A stretch of DNA of 64,000 bases from Candidatus Latescibacterota bacterium (GTDB lineage Bacteria; Latescibacterota; UBA2968; UBA8231): assembly GCA_965215195.1 (NCBI GenBank), contig CBDCDC010000002.1, positions 4,177,693-4,241,692 of the forward strand, given 5' to 3'. The notes beneath the pieces were generated by a model. It was given only the letters and a program-made list of their open reading frames with translations, had not been told where the DNA came from and did not search any database. The translations under genes were made by a program, and so were the position numbers. Shown here one piece after another: positions 52,816 through 63,123 of the stretch. How positions within the stretch are numbered: the first letter of the stretch is position 1; the number at the start of each line of letters is the position of its first letter.

Positions 52816-54429
52816 ATGGCCTATCAGGTAACAGCGCGCAAGTGGCGTCCTCGCCAATTCGACGAAGTAGTAGGGCAGGAGCACATCACTACCACCTTAA
52901 AGAATGCCGTCTATTCCGGGCGCATTGCGCAGTGCTACCTGTTTTGCGGCCCCCGCGGCGTGGGCAAGACCACGACCGCGCGAATCCTCGCCAAGGTCCT
53001 CAACTGCGCCGCTCGCCGCGACGGCAATCCCTGCGGGGCGTGCGATTCCTGCAAGAGCATTGCCGCCTCCACCAGCATGAACGTGCTGGAGATCGACGGG
53101 GCCTCCAACAACAGCGTCGATGACATCCGCGAGTTGCGCGAAGTCGTGCGCTACGCCGCGACCGCAGGCGTCTATAAAATTTACATCATCGACGAGGTTC
53201 ACATGCTCTCAACCGCGGCGTTCAATGCGCTGTTGAAGACGCTGGAGGAGCCGCCGGAGCACGTGGTTTTCATCTTCGCCACCACCGAGGTGCAGTCGGT
53301 CCCCGACACCATTCTCTCGCGCTGTCAGCGCTTCAATTTTCGCCGCATCTCAAGCGGACAGATCGCCGCCCACCTCGGCATCATTGCCCAAGCCGAGGGC
53401 ATCGCAGTCGAAGAGGGGGCACTCCACCTGCTGGCCAGCCGCGCAGATGGTGCTTTGCGCGACGCCGAGAGCCTACTCGATCAAGTGGCCTCCTTGGGCG
53501 CGGAGGTATCGCAGCAAGCCGTGGTGCAGGTGTTGGGTCTCGTCGATCGCGGCCTCTACTTTGAATTGCTCGACGCCATGCGCGAAGCGGCGCCCGCACG
53601 GGTGCTGGACATCGTCGCCCAAGCCATCGACGAAGGGGCCGACATCGAGGAGTTCGTCTATGGCCTAGTCGAGCTTTTGCGCCACCTGCTCTTCGCCAAG
53701 ATACAGGGTGGGACCGACGAGCTGGATATGGCCGAAGATGCCCGCCGCCGCTGTGGCGAGCTCGCGGCCGTTATGGAGGTCGAGGACCTGCTCCGCATGA
53801 TGCAGTCGCTCTTGGATTTAGAAGCGGATATAAAGCGCTCGGTACAGCCGCGCTTTCGCGTGGAAATCGCCTTGGTGCATCTGGCGCTGATGGGCCGGTC
53901 GGTCGATGTGGGCGAGCTGCTCCGCCGCTTGCAGTCGCTCGAAAGTGCCGCGCCACCTCCAAGCAGGGGTCGCAGCGAACAAGTCGTGCGTCCGTCTCCA
54001 AGTAGTCTCAATAAACAGGCCGCGCCGCCGCCCCCGGCCCCGCAGCAAGCCGCCGCCCCGGCGGTGCCGAGCAATGCCGCTGCTGGCCTGAGCTTTGATC
54101 AGGTGCGCACCACTTGGGCCGAGCTAGTCCATGCCGTGCGAGCCGCCAAGCCGTCGCTGGCCCACTTTCTCAATGGGGCGGCCTTAGTCGGCTTGGAGGG
54201 CCACGTGCTCAAGCTGAGCTTTGGTGCTGCCGACCGCTTTGCTAAGGACTACGTGCTCAACAACCGAGAAAGCGTAGAGGCCATAGCCGAGGAGAAATAC
54301 GGGCGGCGGCTGCGCTTAGAGGCCGTAGTAAAGAAGGGCGACCAGCCAGCCCCGCAGGCGGCGAGCCAGCCCGAGTCCGACCCCACCCTGCGCTCGGTGC
54401 TCGACACTTTTGACGGCGAGTTAGTCTGA
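52816..54429 (+). CDS. dnaX: DNA polymerase III subunits gamma/tau
   Basis: YQVTARKWRPRQFDEVVGQEHI, Walker A GPRGVGKTT, zinc module CGACDSC, SRC motif LSRCQRF. Confidence 0.95.
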   Translation: MAYQVTARKWRPRQFDEVVGQEHITTTLKNAVYSGRIAQCYLFCGPRGVGKTTTARILAKVLNCAARRDGNPCGACDSCKSIAASTSMNVLEIDGASNNSVDDIRELREVVRYAATAGVYKIYIIDEVHMLSTAAFNALLKTLEEPPEHVVFIFATTEVQSVPDTILSRCQRFNFRRISSGQIAAHLGIIAQAEGIAVEEGALHLLASRADGALRDAESLLDQVASLGAEVSQQAVVQVLGLVDRGLYFELLDAMREAAPARVLDIVAQAIDEGADIEEFVYGLVELLRHLLFAKIQGGTDELDMAEDARRRCGELAAVMEVEDLLRMMQSLLDLEADIKRSVQPRFRVEIALVHLALMGRSVDVGELLRRLQSLESAAPPPSRGRSEQVVRPSPSSLNKQAAPPPPAPQQAAAPAVPSNAAAGLSFDQVRTTWAELVHAVRAAKPSLAHFLNGAALVGLEGHVLKLSFGAADRFAKDYVLNNRESVEAIAEEKYGRRLRLEAVVKKGDQPAPQAASQPESDPTLRSVLDTFDGELV

Positions 54430-54437
54430 GAGAGCCC

Positions 54438-55034
54438 ATGGAACCCCTAGCCCTCGAAGACTTGATCGTCGCATTTGCCAAGCTGCCCGGTATTGGCCGC
54501 AAGACAGCCCAGCGCTTGGCGCTCTATGTGGTCAAGAGGCCGCGCGAGGAAGCCGAGCTGCTCGCCAAGGCGCTCGTTGCCGCCAAAGACCAGATCGAAC
54601 ACTGCGCCACCTGCCGCAATTTCACCCAAAAGGGCGAGCCCCTATGCGAAGTCTGCCGCGACCCCCGGCGCGACCAGCAGTTCCTCTGCGTAGTGGCCGA
54701 AGCCAGCGATGTGCTGGCCTTTGAGATGAGTCAGTTTTACTCCGGGGCGTATCACGTGCTCGGCGGGGTGCTTTCCCCGCAAGACGGCGTACTGCCCGAG
54801 GATTTGCACATCGACTCCTTGGTCGAGCGCGTGCGCCAGCAGGGCGTACAGGAGGTACTGCTCGCGCTCAATGCCAACGCCGAGGGCGATGCCACCGCTC
54901 ACTTCATCGCTCAGCAACTCGTGCCGCTGACCAAGGTGTCGAGGCTGGCGCGCGGCCTGCCGGTGGGCGCGGATTTGGACTTGGCCGACAGCGTCACCCT
55001 CTCGCTGGCCTTTGCCGGCCGGTCTTCGCTGTAA
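54438..55034 (+). CDS. recR: Recombination protein RecR
   Basis: HhH LPGIGRKTAQRLA, C4 zinc finger CATCRN...CEVC, Toprim domain. Confidence 0.95.
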   Translation: MEPLALEDLIVAFAKLPGIGRKTAQRLALYVVKRPREEAELLAKALVAAKDQIEHCATCRNFTQKGEPLCEVCRDPRRDQQFLCVVAEASDVLAFEMSQFYSGAYHVLGGVLSPQDGVLPEDLHIDSLVERVRQQGVQEVLLALNANAEGDATAHFIAQQLVPLTKVSRLARGLPVGADLDLADSVTLSLAFAGRSSL

Positions 55035-55041
55035 GGTAGAA

Positions 55042-55644
55042 ATGGAGCGGCGCGATATCTTTAATTTGCCCAATGGGCTGACCGCACTCAGGATCGGCTT
55101 GACGCCGCTGTTTTTGCTGCTGCTCTTCACCGATACTTGGTATTGGAAAAGCCTTGCCTTCGTGGTCTTCAGCGCGGCCTCGCTGACCGATTTCTACGAT
55201 GGCAAACTAGCGCGCGCCGGCAATCAAGTAACGCCGCTGGGGCGCTTCTTGGACCCGTTGGCCGACAAGATCTTGGTGACGTCGGCACTCGTCGCCCTAG
55301 CGTTGGACGAAATGGTCAATTTTTGGCTGGTCTTGCCCATCGTCGGGCGCGACATCCTGATCACGGGCATGCGCCTCTACGGGCTGTACCGGGGCCGTCC
55401 CATGGTCACTTCGCGCTTGGCCAAGTGGAAGACCGCAGTCCAGCTTTTCACGGTTATCTTCATACTTTTCGTCATTGGCCTCGAGGAGGCGATGGGGCGT
55501 TTTGCCGCAGGTCATCTCTTCTTTCTCGACGACCAGCTAATCCAGCTTTTGGCCAATGCACTGTTGGCGGGGGTGCTGTTGCTGACGCTGCTGTCGGGTT
55601 TCCACTACCTGTTCCGCGCGACCTCTTCCTACAAGGAATCCTGA
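55042..55644 (+). CDS. pgsA: CDP-diacylglycerol--glycerol-3-phosphate 3-phosphatidyltransferase
   Basis: CDP-alcohol phosphatidyltransferase motif DGKLAR...G..LDPLADK. Confidence 0.85.
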   Translation: MERRDIFNLPNGLTALRIGLTPLFLLLLFTDTWYWKSLAFVVFSAASLTDFYDGKLARAGNQVTPLGRFLDPLADKILVTSALVALALDEMVNFWLVLPIVGRDILITGMRLYGLYRGRPMVTSRLAKWKTAVQLFTVIFILFVIGLEEAMGRFAAGHLFFLDDQLIQLLANALLAGVLLLTLLSGFHYLFRATSSYKES

Positions 55645-55670
55645 GCGCGGCATAGAGGAACGCGTTTCTT

Positions 55671-56135
55671 CTGAACCGACTGATCGCCACGCTCTTTTTC
55701 GTCGGCTATGCCCCGTGGGCACCCGGTACGGCTGGTACCGCGCTCGTCGCCCTGTTATATTGGCTATTTTTTCCTCGTTTGGATTTGGGGATGCTGGAGT
55801 GGCTCGGTGTGCTTTTGGTCGCCTCGGCCATTGGGGTGTACAGCGCGGGCCGGGCGGCCCCGGAATGGGGCGAGGACCCCGGGCAGGTCGTCGTTGACGA
55901 GGGGGTGGGCTTTCTCTTTGCAGTGGCACTTTTGCCTCCGGGCGCAGGGACGGCCATCGCCGGCTTCTTCGTCTTTCGCGCCCTCGATATTGTCAAGCCG
56001 CCCCCGGCGCGGCAGCTAGAAGCCCTGCCGCGGGGATGGGGCATTGTGGCCGACGACGTGGTCGCCGGTCTGTACAGCAACGCGGTCATTCGCTCGTCGT
56101 CCTATTTGATCGAGTGGGCGCGATACCACACTTAA
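55671..56135 (+). CDS. pgpA: Phosphatidylglycerophosphatase A; start codon uncertain (only CTG available)
   Basis: IATLFFVGYAPWAPGTAGT and VVVDEGVG / FRALDIVKPPP / GWGIVADDVVAG match PgpA. The conserved N-terminus lies upstream of the first ATG (55779). Confidence 0.75.
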   Translation: MNRLIATLFFVGYAPWAPGTAGTALVALLYWLFFPRLDLGMLEWLGVLLVASAIGVYSAGRAAPEWGEDPGQVVVDEGVGFLFAVALLPPGAGTAIAGFFVFRALDIVKPPPARQLEALPRGWGIVADDVVAGLYSNAVIRSSSYLIEWARYHT

Positions 56136-56147
56136 GAGGGGATTTCC

Positions 56148-57212
56148 ATGGCCAAAGCGAACGGACGCAGCCCAGCCGGCAACAAGGTTAGGGCGCTGGA
56201 ACTGGCGATGTCGCAGATTGAAAAGCAGTACGGCAAGGGGTCGATCATGCGCCTCGGCGATGAGGGTGGGGTGCAAGAAGTGGAGGCAATTTCTACTGGG
56301 TCGCTGGCTGTAGATGCCGCGCTGGGCATCGGCGGCTTGCCCAAGGGGCGAATCGTCGAAATATCCGGTCCAGAGGGGGCGGGCAAGACCATGCTCTCGC
56401 TGCACGCGATCCGCGAGTCGCAGAAGCAGAACGGCACGGCGGCCTTTATCGACGCCGAACACGCCCTCGACGTCAGCTTTGCCCGGCGCATTGGCGTCGA
56501 TGTAGAAAACCTAATCATATCGCAGCCGGATTCGGGCGAGCAGGCCCTCGAAATCGTCGATACCTTGGTGCGCAGCGGTGCCTTCGATATCATCGTGGTC
56601 GATTCGGTGGCCGCGCTGGTGCCCCAGGCCGAGCTGGAGGGCGACATGGGCGATTCGCACGTGGGCTTGCACGCGCGGCTGATGTCCCAAGCCCTGCGCA
56701 AACTCGCTGGCTCGATCAACCGCTCGCACACCTGTCTGATTTTTCTCAACCAGTTGAGGATGAAAATTGGCGTGATGTTCGGCAACCCAGAGACCACCAC
56801 CGGCGGCCGCGCCCTGCCCTTCTACTCCTCGGTGCGCATCGACATCCGCCGCATCGCCCGCGTCAAAGACGGAGACCTCGATATCGGCAATCGCACTCGG
56901 GTCAAGGTCGTCAAAAACAAGGTGGCCCCCCCCTTTCGCGAGGCCGAATTCGACCTGATTTTCCACGGCGACCAGATCGGCATTTCCCATGAGGGCGACC
57001 TGCTCGATATCGGCGTCGCCAAAGGGCTTGTCGACAAGAGCGGGGCGTGGTTCTCCTACAATGGCGCGCGATTGGGGCAGGGCCGAGACAATGCCCGGGT
57101 CTTTCTGCGCGAAAATCCAACAGTAGCCGCAGAGATAGAGCACAAGCTGCGCGTCGAGTTGGGCCTCAAGGTCGCGGCAGGCCAAGACGAAGCCAGCGAG
57201 GCAGGCGAATAG
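56148..57212 (+). CDS. recA: Recombinase RecA
   Basis: [23 protein letters not shown], Walker A GPEGAGKT. Confidence 0.97.
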   Translation: MAKANGRSPAGNKVRALELAMSQIEKQYGKGSIMRLGDEGGVQEVEAISTGSLAVDAALGIGGLPKGRIVEISGPEGAGKTMLSLHAIRESQKQNGTAAFIDAEHALDVSFARRIGVDVENLIISQPDSGEQALEIVDTLVRSGAFDIIVVDSVAALVPQAELEGDMGDSHVGLHARLMSQALRKLAGSINRSHTCLIFLNQLRMKIGVMFGNPETTTGGRALPFYSSVRIDIRRIARVKDGDLDIGNRTRVKVVKNKVAPPFREAEFDLIFHGDQIGISHEGDLLDIGVAKGLVDKSGAWFSYNGARLGQGRDNARVFLRENPTVAAEIEHKLRVELGLKVAAGQDEASEAGE

Positions 57213-57701
57213 GTGGAAGACCAACTGCAAAAGGCCAAGGATGCGGCCTATCGCTATCTCAGCTATAGGGCGCGGTCCACAGCGGAGGTGCGCGACAAGC
57301 TGCGGGAGAAGGAGTTTGCCGCCGAGGTCGTCGCCGAGGTCGTCGCCGACTTGCAGCGCCAGAAGCTCCTCGACGACCGCGAGTTCGCCCGGCGCTGGGT
57401 TGAGGCGCGATTGCCGCGGGCTTATGGCGCACGTAAACTAGTCCAAGATCTCAGGCACAAAGGCGTGGCCGCCGGCGTAGTGGACGAGGTCCTCGCCGAA
57501 TACGCCTCAGCGCTCAATTCGGGCGAGCGGGCGGTCCAACTGCTGAGCAAGCAGGCTTGGCGCTACCGGGGGTTAGCACCCGACAAGGCCAAGCGTCGGA
57601 TGCTGGGCTTTTTGGCCCGGCGCGGTTGCGATCAGGAAATGGCCAGAGCAGCGGTTGAACAGGTATGGCAGGAGTTAGCCAATGAAGTCGAGGGAAATTA
57701 G
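57213..57701 (+). CDS. recX: RecA regulator RecX
   Basis: Directly follows recA. AYRYLSYRARSTAEVRDKL repeat architecture. GTG start. Confidence 0.85.
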   Translation: MEDQLQKAKDAAYRYLSYRARSTAEVRDKLREKEFAAEVVAEVVADLQRQKLLDDREFARRWVEARLPRAYGARKLVQDLRHKGVAAGVVDEVLAEYASALNSGERAVQLLSKQAWRYRGLAPDKAKRRMLGFLARRGCDQEMARAAVEQVWQELANEVEGN

Positions 57702-60291
57702 GGAGACGTTCCTCCATTTTTTTGAGGGTAAGGGCCACGTGCGCGTACCGAGTGCGCCGGTCGTACCGCAGGACGACCCCACGCTCTATTTTACCAACGC
57801 CGGCATGAATCAGTTCAAGGACGTCTTCTTGGGCTTGGGCCGGCGCGACTACACCCGAGCGGTCGATACGCAGAAGATCTTGCGGGTGTCGGGCAAGCAC
57901 AACGACCTCGACGAAGTCGGCTACAGCCCTTGGCACCACACCTTCTTTGAGATGCTGGGCAACTGGTCCTTTGGCGATTACTTCAAAAAAGAGGCCATTG
58001 AGTGGGGCTGGGAGTTAATTACCGAGCACTTTGGCCTCGAAAAGGAGCGGCTCTGGGCCACCGTCTTTGCTGGCGGCGACCGCCTCGAAGCCGACGCCGA
58101 GGCCGAGGCGCTGTGGTACGAATGCACCGACCTGCGGCCGGGCCGCGTCGTGCGCCTGCCGGCCAAGGAAAACTTCTGGGAAATGGGCGCGACCGGCCCC
58201 TGCGGCCCCTGTTCCGAGATTCACTACTACTTAGGCGACGATCTGGCCGCGCAGGACAGCCGCATGCTCATCGACGATACCGGCGATCTGGTTGAAATAT
58301 GGAACTTGGTCTTCATCCAGTACAACCGCGACGATACGGGTGCGCTACAGCCGCTGCCCGAGAAGCACGTGGATACCGGCATGGGCTTTGAGCGGATGTG
58401 CAGCCTGTTACAGGGGGCCGCGAGCAACTACGAGACCGATGTCTTTCAGCCGCTCATCGGCCGCATCGCCGAGCTAACGGGCAAAGAGTACGGCCGCGAG
58501 CACCGCATCCCCATGCAGGTCGTCGCCGACCACGTCCGCGCCCTCAGCTTCGCCATGGCCGACGGCGCAATGCCCTCCAACGAGGGCCGTGGCTACGTCC
58601 TGCGCCGCATCCTGCGCCGCGCCGCGCGCTACGCCCGCCAGCTCGATCAGCACGACCCCTTCATTCATCAGTTAGTTGGCACGGTGGGCGAAACCATGGG
58701 CCACGTCTTCCCGGAGGTCGCCGCTAGGAAGGACCACAGCGCCCGAGTCATCCACTCCGAGGAGGAGGGTTTTGGCAAGACCCTCGACCGCGGCTTGGAC
58801 ATCTTCGCGCGGTTCGCCGCCAAGGGGCAGATCACCGGCGGCGATGCCTTCCAGCTCTACGACACCTACGGCTTTCCACAGGACCTGACCGAGCTGATGG
58901 CCCGCGAGCAGGGGATCCCGCTGGTCGAGCAGGGGGAATTCGACCGCGCACTCGCCGCTCAGAGGCAGCGGGCGCGCCAAGCTACCCGCGCACAGTTTAG
59001 TGCCACCGAAGGCGTCGGCCATACCTTGGAGGGAGCGCATTCGCTCTTCGTAGGCTACGACGAATTGGAAATAGACGCTCAGGTGATACGTGCCGAAGGA
59101 GGCAAAGATAGCCGGGTGTGGCTCGTGTTAGATCGAACTCCTTTCTACGCCGAGGCAGGGGGGCAAGTCGGCGATCGAGGACGGATTGAGGGCAACGGTT
59201 TTGTCGTCGAAGTCCAAGACGTGCAGAAAGCGCGCGGCGGCATCGTCCACAAAGGTTGCTTAGTGGAAGGTGATACCCAAGCGTTGACAGGTCCAGTAGT
59301 AGCCCGCGTTGATGGCCAAGCTCGCATTGACGCCGAGCGCAACCACACCGCAACTCATCTGTTGCACGAGTCGCTGCGGCGGACCCTCGGCGATCACGTA
59401 GGGCAGATGGGTTCGCTGGTTGCGCCGGACCGCTTGCGCTTTGACTTTTCGCATTTTGCCGCGGTTGCGCCCGAGCCGTTGCGCGAAATTGAGGAGCGGG
59501 TCAACGAGCAGATTCGCGCCGATCTAGAAGTGAGCACCTTTCAAGAGGAATTGGAAAAGGCCAAGGCCATGGGGGCGCAGGCGCTCTTCGGCGAAAAATA
59601 CGAGGACCGAGTGCGCGTGGTGCGGATCGGCGGCTTCAGCTTAGAGCTGTGCGGCGGGACCCACGTGCGCTCAACCGGCGAGATCGGTGCTTTCGATTTG
59701 GTCTCCGAAAGCGGCATTGCCGCTGGCGTCCGCCGCAGCGAGGCATTGACCGGCGCAGGGGCCGAGTGCGCCGCACGCCAGCGACGGCAGGTATTGGCGG
59801 GCTTGGGCACTCGGCTCAACGCCGCGCCCGAAGAGTTAGCAGACAAAATCGAGGCGCTCTTGGGGCGCAATCGCCAGTTGGAGCGAACCCTCGACGAGTT
59901 GCGACGTAGGGTTGCGGCGCTAGAGACGAGCGATCTAGCGAGTGGAGCGCGCCAAGTGAAAGGGGTTGCGGTCGTGGCGCGCCGCACCCAAGCGGAGGAC
60001 GTGCCCAGCCTGCGGGCCATGGCCGACGGACTGCGCGAGAGCCTCGGCTCGGGCGTCGCCGTCTTGGGGGCGGATATCGGCGGCAAGGTTTCCTTTGTCG
60101 CCGTTGTTACCGACGACCTAATCAAGGGCCGCGGGCTGAAGGCCGGCGACATTGTGCGCGGCGTGGCCCAGCTAGCCGGCGGCTCGGGCGGCGGCAAGGC
60201 GCACTTGGCCCAGGCTGGCGGCCGCGACCGGGGCAAACTCGACGAAGCACTAGGGCAAGTGGCGCACATCGTCGAGCAGCAGCTAAAATAG
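57682..60291 (+). CDS. alaS: Alanine--tRNA ligase
   Basis: REIRETFLHFFEGKGHVRVPSAPVVP, FTNAGMNQFK, HxxxH/CGGTH editing and zinc motifs; 869 aa. Confidence 0.97.
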   Translation: MKSREIRETFLHFFEGKGHVRVPSAPVVPQDDPTLYFTNAGMNQFKDVFLGLGRRDYTRAVDTQKILRVSGKHNDLDEVGYSPWHHTFFEMLGNWSFGDYFKKEAIEWGWELITEHFGLEKERLWATVFAGGDRLEADAEAEALWYECTDLRPGRVVRLPAKENFWEMGATGPCGPCSEIHYYLGDDLAAQDSRMLIDDTGDLVEIWNLVFIQYNRDDTGALQPLPEKHVDTGMGFERMCSLLQGAASNYETDVFQPLIGRIAELTGKEYGREHRIPMQVVADHVRALSFAMADGAMPSNEGRGYVLRRILRRAARYARQLDQHDPFIHQLVGTVGETMGHVFPEVAARKDHSARVIHSEEEGFGKTLDRGLDIFARFAAKGQITGGDAFQLYDTYGFPQDLTELMAREQGIPLVEQGEFDRALAAQRQRARQATRAQFSATEGVGHTLEGAHSLFVGYDELEIDAQVIRAEGGKDSRVWLVLDRTPFYAEAGGQVGDRGRIEGNGFVVEVQDVQKARGGIVHKGCLVEGDTQALTGPVVARVDGQARIDAERNHTATHLLHESLRRTLGDHVGQMGSLVAPDRLRFDFSHFAAVAPEPLREIEERVNEQIRADLEVSTFQEELEKAKAMGAQALFGEKYEDRVRVVRIGGFSLELCGGTHVRSTGEIGAFDLVSESGIAAGVRRSEALTGAGAECAARQRRQVLAGLGTRLNAAPEELADKIEALLGRNRQLERTLDELRRRVAALETSDLASGARQVKGVAVVARRTQAEDVPSLRAMADGLRESLGSGVAVLGADIGGKVSFVAVVTDDLIKGRGLKAGDIVRGVAQLAGGSGGGKAHLAQAGGRDRGKLDEALGQVAHIVEQQLK

Positions 60292-60303
60292 GCGAGCTGG
60301 TTC

Positions 60304-61059
60304 GTGACTAGCAGTGTACTGCAACACCTATTAGACATCCGCCACCGCCGCGGTGCTGGCTACCTGCCCTTGCTAGATCCAGATCGGTTGACCCCAGACG
60401 AATTGGAGACTCGCGCCCAGTGCTGCGTTGCGGCCGGGGCCGACGCCATCCTCATCGGCACGAGCCTGATGTTCTCGTCTCGCACCGCGGTCTGTTTCGA
60501 GCGCGTGCGGGCCAAGGTCGATGTGCCGGTGATCAGCTTCCCCGGGAGCTGGGGCCAAGTGGTGCCTACGGCCGATGCGATCCTCTTCCTGTCGCTGGTC
60601 AGCGGGCGCAATCCCGAGCTCTTGATCGGCGAGCACGTCAAGGCCGCCCCCTTGATCCGCGAGTACGGCATTGAGGTCATCCCCACCGGATATATGCTGG
60701 TCGAGTCCGGGACCCTGACCTCCGTGGAATTTATGAGCGATACCCGGCCCATTCCGCGCGATAAGATCGACATTGCCATGGCCCACGCCTTGGCGGCCGA
60801 GTACTTGGGCATGCGCCTCATTTACCTAGAGACCGGCAGCGGCGCGTGCGCTGCTGTGCCCGACGAAATGGTCAGCGCGGTAGCCGATTGCGTGTCGGTG
60901 CCGGTCGTGGTCGGCGGCGGCATCCGCGATCCAGGGGTGGCGCAGGCCAAGGTAGAGGCCGGCGCGGGTTTCGTGGTCACCGGCAGCGTCGTCGAAGACG
61001 ATCAGCAGCGCTTGTGCGCCCTGAGCCGAGCAGTACACGCAAAAGAACGACAGGAGTAG
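60304..61059 (+). CDS. Geranylgeranylglyceryl/heptaprenylglyceryl phosphate synthase family protein (GGGPS/PcrB homologue)
   Basis: TIM-barrel motifs LLDPD, ADAILIGTS, LSLVSGRNPELLIG, LIYLETGSGA and VVVGGGIR are characteristic of this family. GTG start. Confidence 0.75.
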   Translation: MTSSVLQHLLDIRHRRGAGYLPLLDPDRLTPDELETRAQCCVAAGADAILIGTSLMFSSRTAVCFERVRAKVDVPVISFPGSWGQVVPTADAILFLSLVSGRNPELLIGEHVKAAPLIREYGIEVIPTGYMLVESGTLTSVEFMSDTRPIPRDKIDIAMAHALAAEYLGMRLIYLETGSGACAAVPDEMVSAVADCVSVPVVVGGGIRDPGVAQAKVEAGAGFVVTGSVVEDDQQRLCALSRAVHAKERQE

Positions 61060-61068
61060 CAATGGGCC

Positions 61069-61341
61069 ATGGTTGAAAAGACGGCCACGATCAACAATCC
61101 GCTGGGCATTCACGCTCGTCCGGCCGCGCTCTTGGTGCAGATGGCGGCGCAGTTCAAGGCCGACATTTACCTCTCCAAAGGCGACGTCGATGGGGTCAAC
61201 GGCAAGAGCATCATGGGCGTGATGATGCTGGCGGCCGAGCAAGGGGCCCAAGTCGCCGTCCGGGCCGAGGGCGAGGACGCGGCCGCGGCCGTTGCGGCCA
61301 TGGTCTCACTGCTGGAAAGCACATTTGAGGGGCAGTGTTGA
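61069..61341 (+). CDS. ptsH: Phosphocarrier protein HPr
   Basis: Active-site His context GIHARPA and regulatory Ser context NGKSIMGVM. Confidence 0.9.
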   Translation: MVEKTATINNPLGIHARPAALLVQMAAQFKADIYLSKGDVDGVNGKSIMGVMMLAAEQGAQVAVRAEGEDAAAAVAAMVSLLESTFEGQC

Positions 61342-63104
61342 GCACGGCGAGCGCACATCGAGTTTTCGCTGGGATATGCGTCTCCCCCGGCATTGGCATT
61401 GGCCGGGCTTTCGCGTACCACAAGCGGGCCCCGGTCATCACCCGCCGGCGCGTAGCGCAGCACTTGGTTGGGGAGGAGGTCGAGCGCTTTCGCAACATAC
61501 TCCACCAGGCCGGGGACGAGATTCGGCGCACTCGCCGCTGGGTCGCCAGCGAGCAAGGAGAGGAACTAGCGCAGATATTCGACGCCCAGCTAGCCATGCT
61601 AGAGGATCCGTCCATCAAAGAGCGCACCGAGGCCTTGATCCGCGAAAAGCACTATTCGGCCGAGCGGGCGTACGCCGAGGAGCTGGAGAAAGTCAAAGAG
61701 GCCTTCGGCAACATTGAGAACGAATACCTGCGGGCGCGGATAAGCGACGTAGCGGATATCGAAAATCAGGTGTTGATGCGGTTAGCCGGAGGCGAGGTCA
61801 AGGCGCTCGATTCGCTCCGCGCCAACACAATTGTCCTCGCCCACGACTTGCTGCCCTCCGAGATGGTGCGCCTAGAGCGCCGCCGGATCAAAGGCGTGGT
61901 GCTCGACATCGGCGGCGCGGCTTCGCACGCGGCCATCATCGCCCGCTCGTTGCAGCTACCCACGGTCGTCGGCACTGGCGACTGTTCGCGGCAAGTGGCA
62001 GACGGCGACTTGGTGGTCGTCGATGGCAACGAAGGCTGGGTCCACGTGCGGCCCGATGCCCCCGACGAGCGGCGCTATCGGGCGCGTCGCCGGCGTCAGC
62101 TCCGGCGCGAGCGCAACCTAGAGGCGCGGCGCAACTTGCCCGCCATTACCCGAGACGGGCGGGAAATCGCATTGATGGCCAACGTCGATGTGCCAACCGA
62201 AGTGCAGACGGCACTCGACCACGGTGCCCGCGGCGTGGGCATGTACCGCACCGAATTCCTGTATCTCAACTACCGCTTGCCCTCCGAGGAGGAGCAGCTC
62301 AGGGTCTATTCTACCCTTGTCAAATCGCTGGCCCCGCATCCCGTAGTGATCCGCAGCATGGACTTGGGCGGCGACAAGCTGTCCCATGTCTTGGAGGTGC
62401 CGCCCGAGGCCAATCCCTTCTTGGGGTGGCGCGGCATCCGCATTTGCCTCGATACCCCAGACCTGTTTAAGACGCAGTTGCGCGCCCTGCTGCGGGCCGG
62501 AGTACAGGGCGAGGTTCACATTTTGTTGCCGATGATCTCTAGCCTGAACGAGCTGCGGTGCGCCCAAGCGCTAGTGGAGGAAGCCAAAGACGAGCTGCGG
62601 GCGGCGGGGCGGCCCTTTGCCGATCATTGCAAGCTGGGCATCATGGTCGAAGTGCCGTCCGTGGCCTTGATGGCCGATCACTTTGCCGGCGAAGTAGATT
62701 TTTTTAGCCTCGGCACCAACGACCTGACCCAGTACGCGTTGGCCGTGGATCGCGGCATGAGCAAAGTGGCTTGGCTCTACGACCCGTTTCATCCGGCGGT
62801 CTTGCGCTTGATCGAGATGGTCGCCGACAGCGGCCAGCGCACGAACACGCCCGTGAGCATCTGCGGCGAGATGGCCGGCGACCCCTTGGCCACGACGCTC
62901 TTGCTCGGGCTCGGGCTGGATTGTCTGAGCCTAAGCCCGGGTCTCATCCCGGAAGTCAAGGAGGTCATTCGCGCCATCCGCGCTGAAAAGGCGCGGCAGA
63001 TCGCCAGCGAATGCTTGGCTATGGACACGGGTGCTGAGGTGCGCCAGCACTTGGAGGATGCCGTTGGCGAGTACGTACCTTTCTGGCGTCAGAGGCATCG
63101 CTGA
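61335..63104 (+). CDS. ptsI: Phosphoenolpyruvate-protein phosphotransferase (PTS enzyme I)
   Basis: Phospho-His context [13 protein letters not shown] and C-terminal PEP-utilising TIM motifs ([19 protein letters not shown]). Confidence 0.9.
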   Translation: MLSTASAHRVFAGICVSPGIGIGRAFAYHKRAPVITRRRVAQHLVGEEVERFRNILHQAGDEIRRTRRWVASEQGEELAQIFDAQLAMLEDPSIKERTEALIREKHYSAERAYAEELEKVKEAFGNIENEYLRARISDVADIENQVLMRLAGGEVKALDSLRANTIVLAHDLLPSEMVRLERRRIKGVVLDIGGAASHAAIIARSLQLPTVVGTGDCSRQVADGDLVVVDGNEGWVHVRPDAPDERRYRARRRRQLRRERNLEARRNLPAITRDGREIALMANVDVPTEVQTALDHGARGVGMYRTEFLYLNYRLPSEEEQLRVYSTLVKSLAPHPVVIRSMDLGGDKLSHVLEVPPEANPFLGWRGIRICLDTPDLFKTQLRALLRAGVQGEVHILLPMISSLNELRCAQALVEEAKDELRAAGRPFADHCKLGIMVEVPSVALMADHFAGEVDFFSLGTNDLTQYALAVDRGMSKVAWLYDPFHPAVLRLIEMVADSGQRTNTPVSICGEMAGDPLATTLLLGLGLDCLSLSPGLIPEVKEVIRAIRAEKARQIASECLAMDTGAEVRQHLEDAVGEYVPFWRQRHR

Positions 63105-63123
63105 AGGAGCTCGAGAATACACC

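Noticed and set aside
54430-54437. Looked for a ybaB/ebfC gene between dnaX and recR.
   Set aside because: Only 8 nt separate the two genes, so none is present. This is recorded under the synteny finding rather than as a feature.
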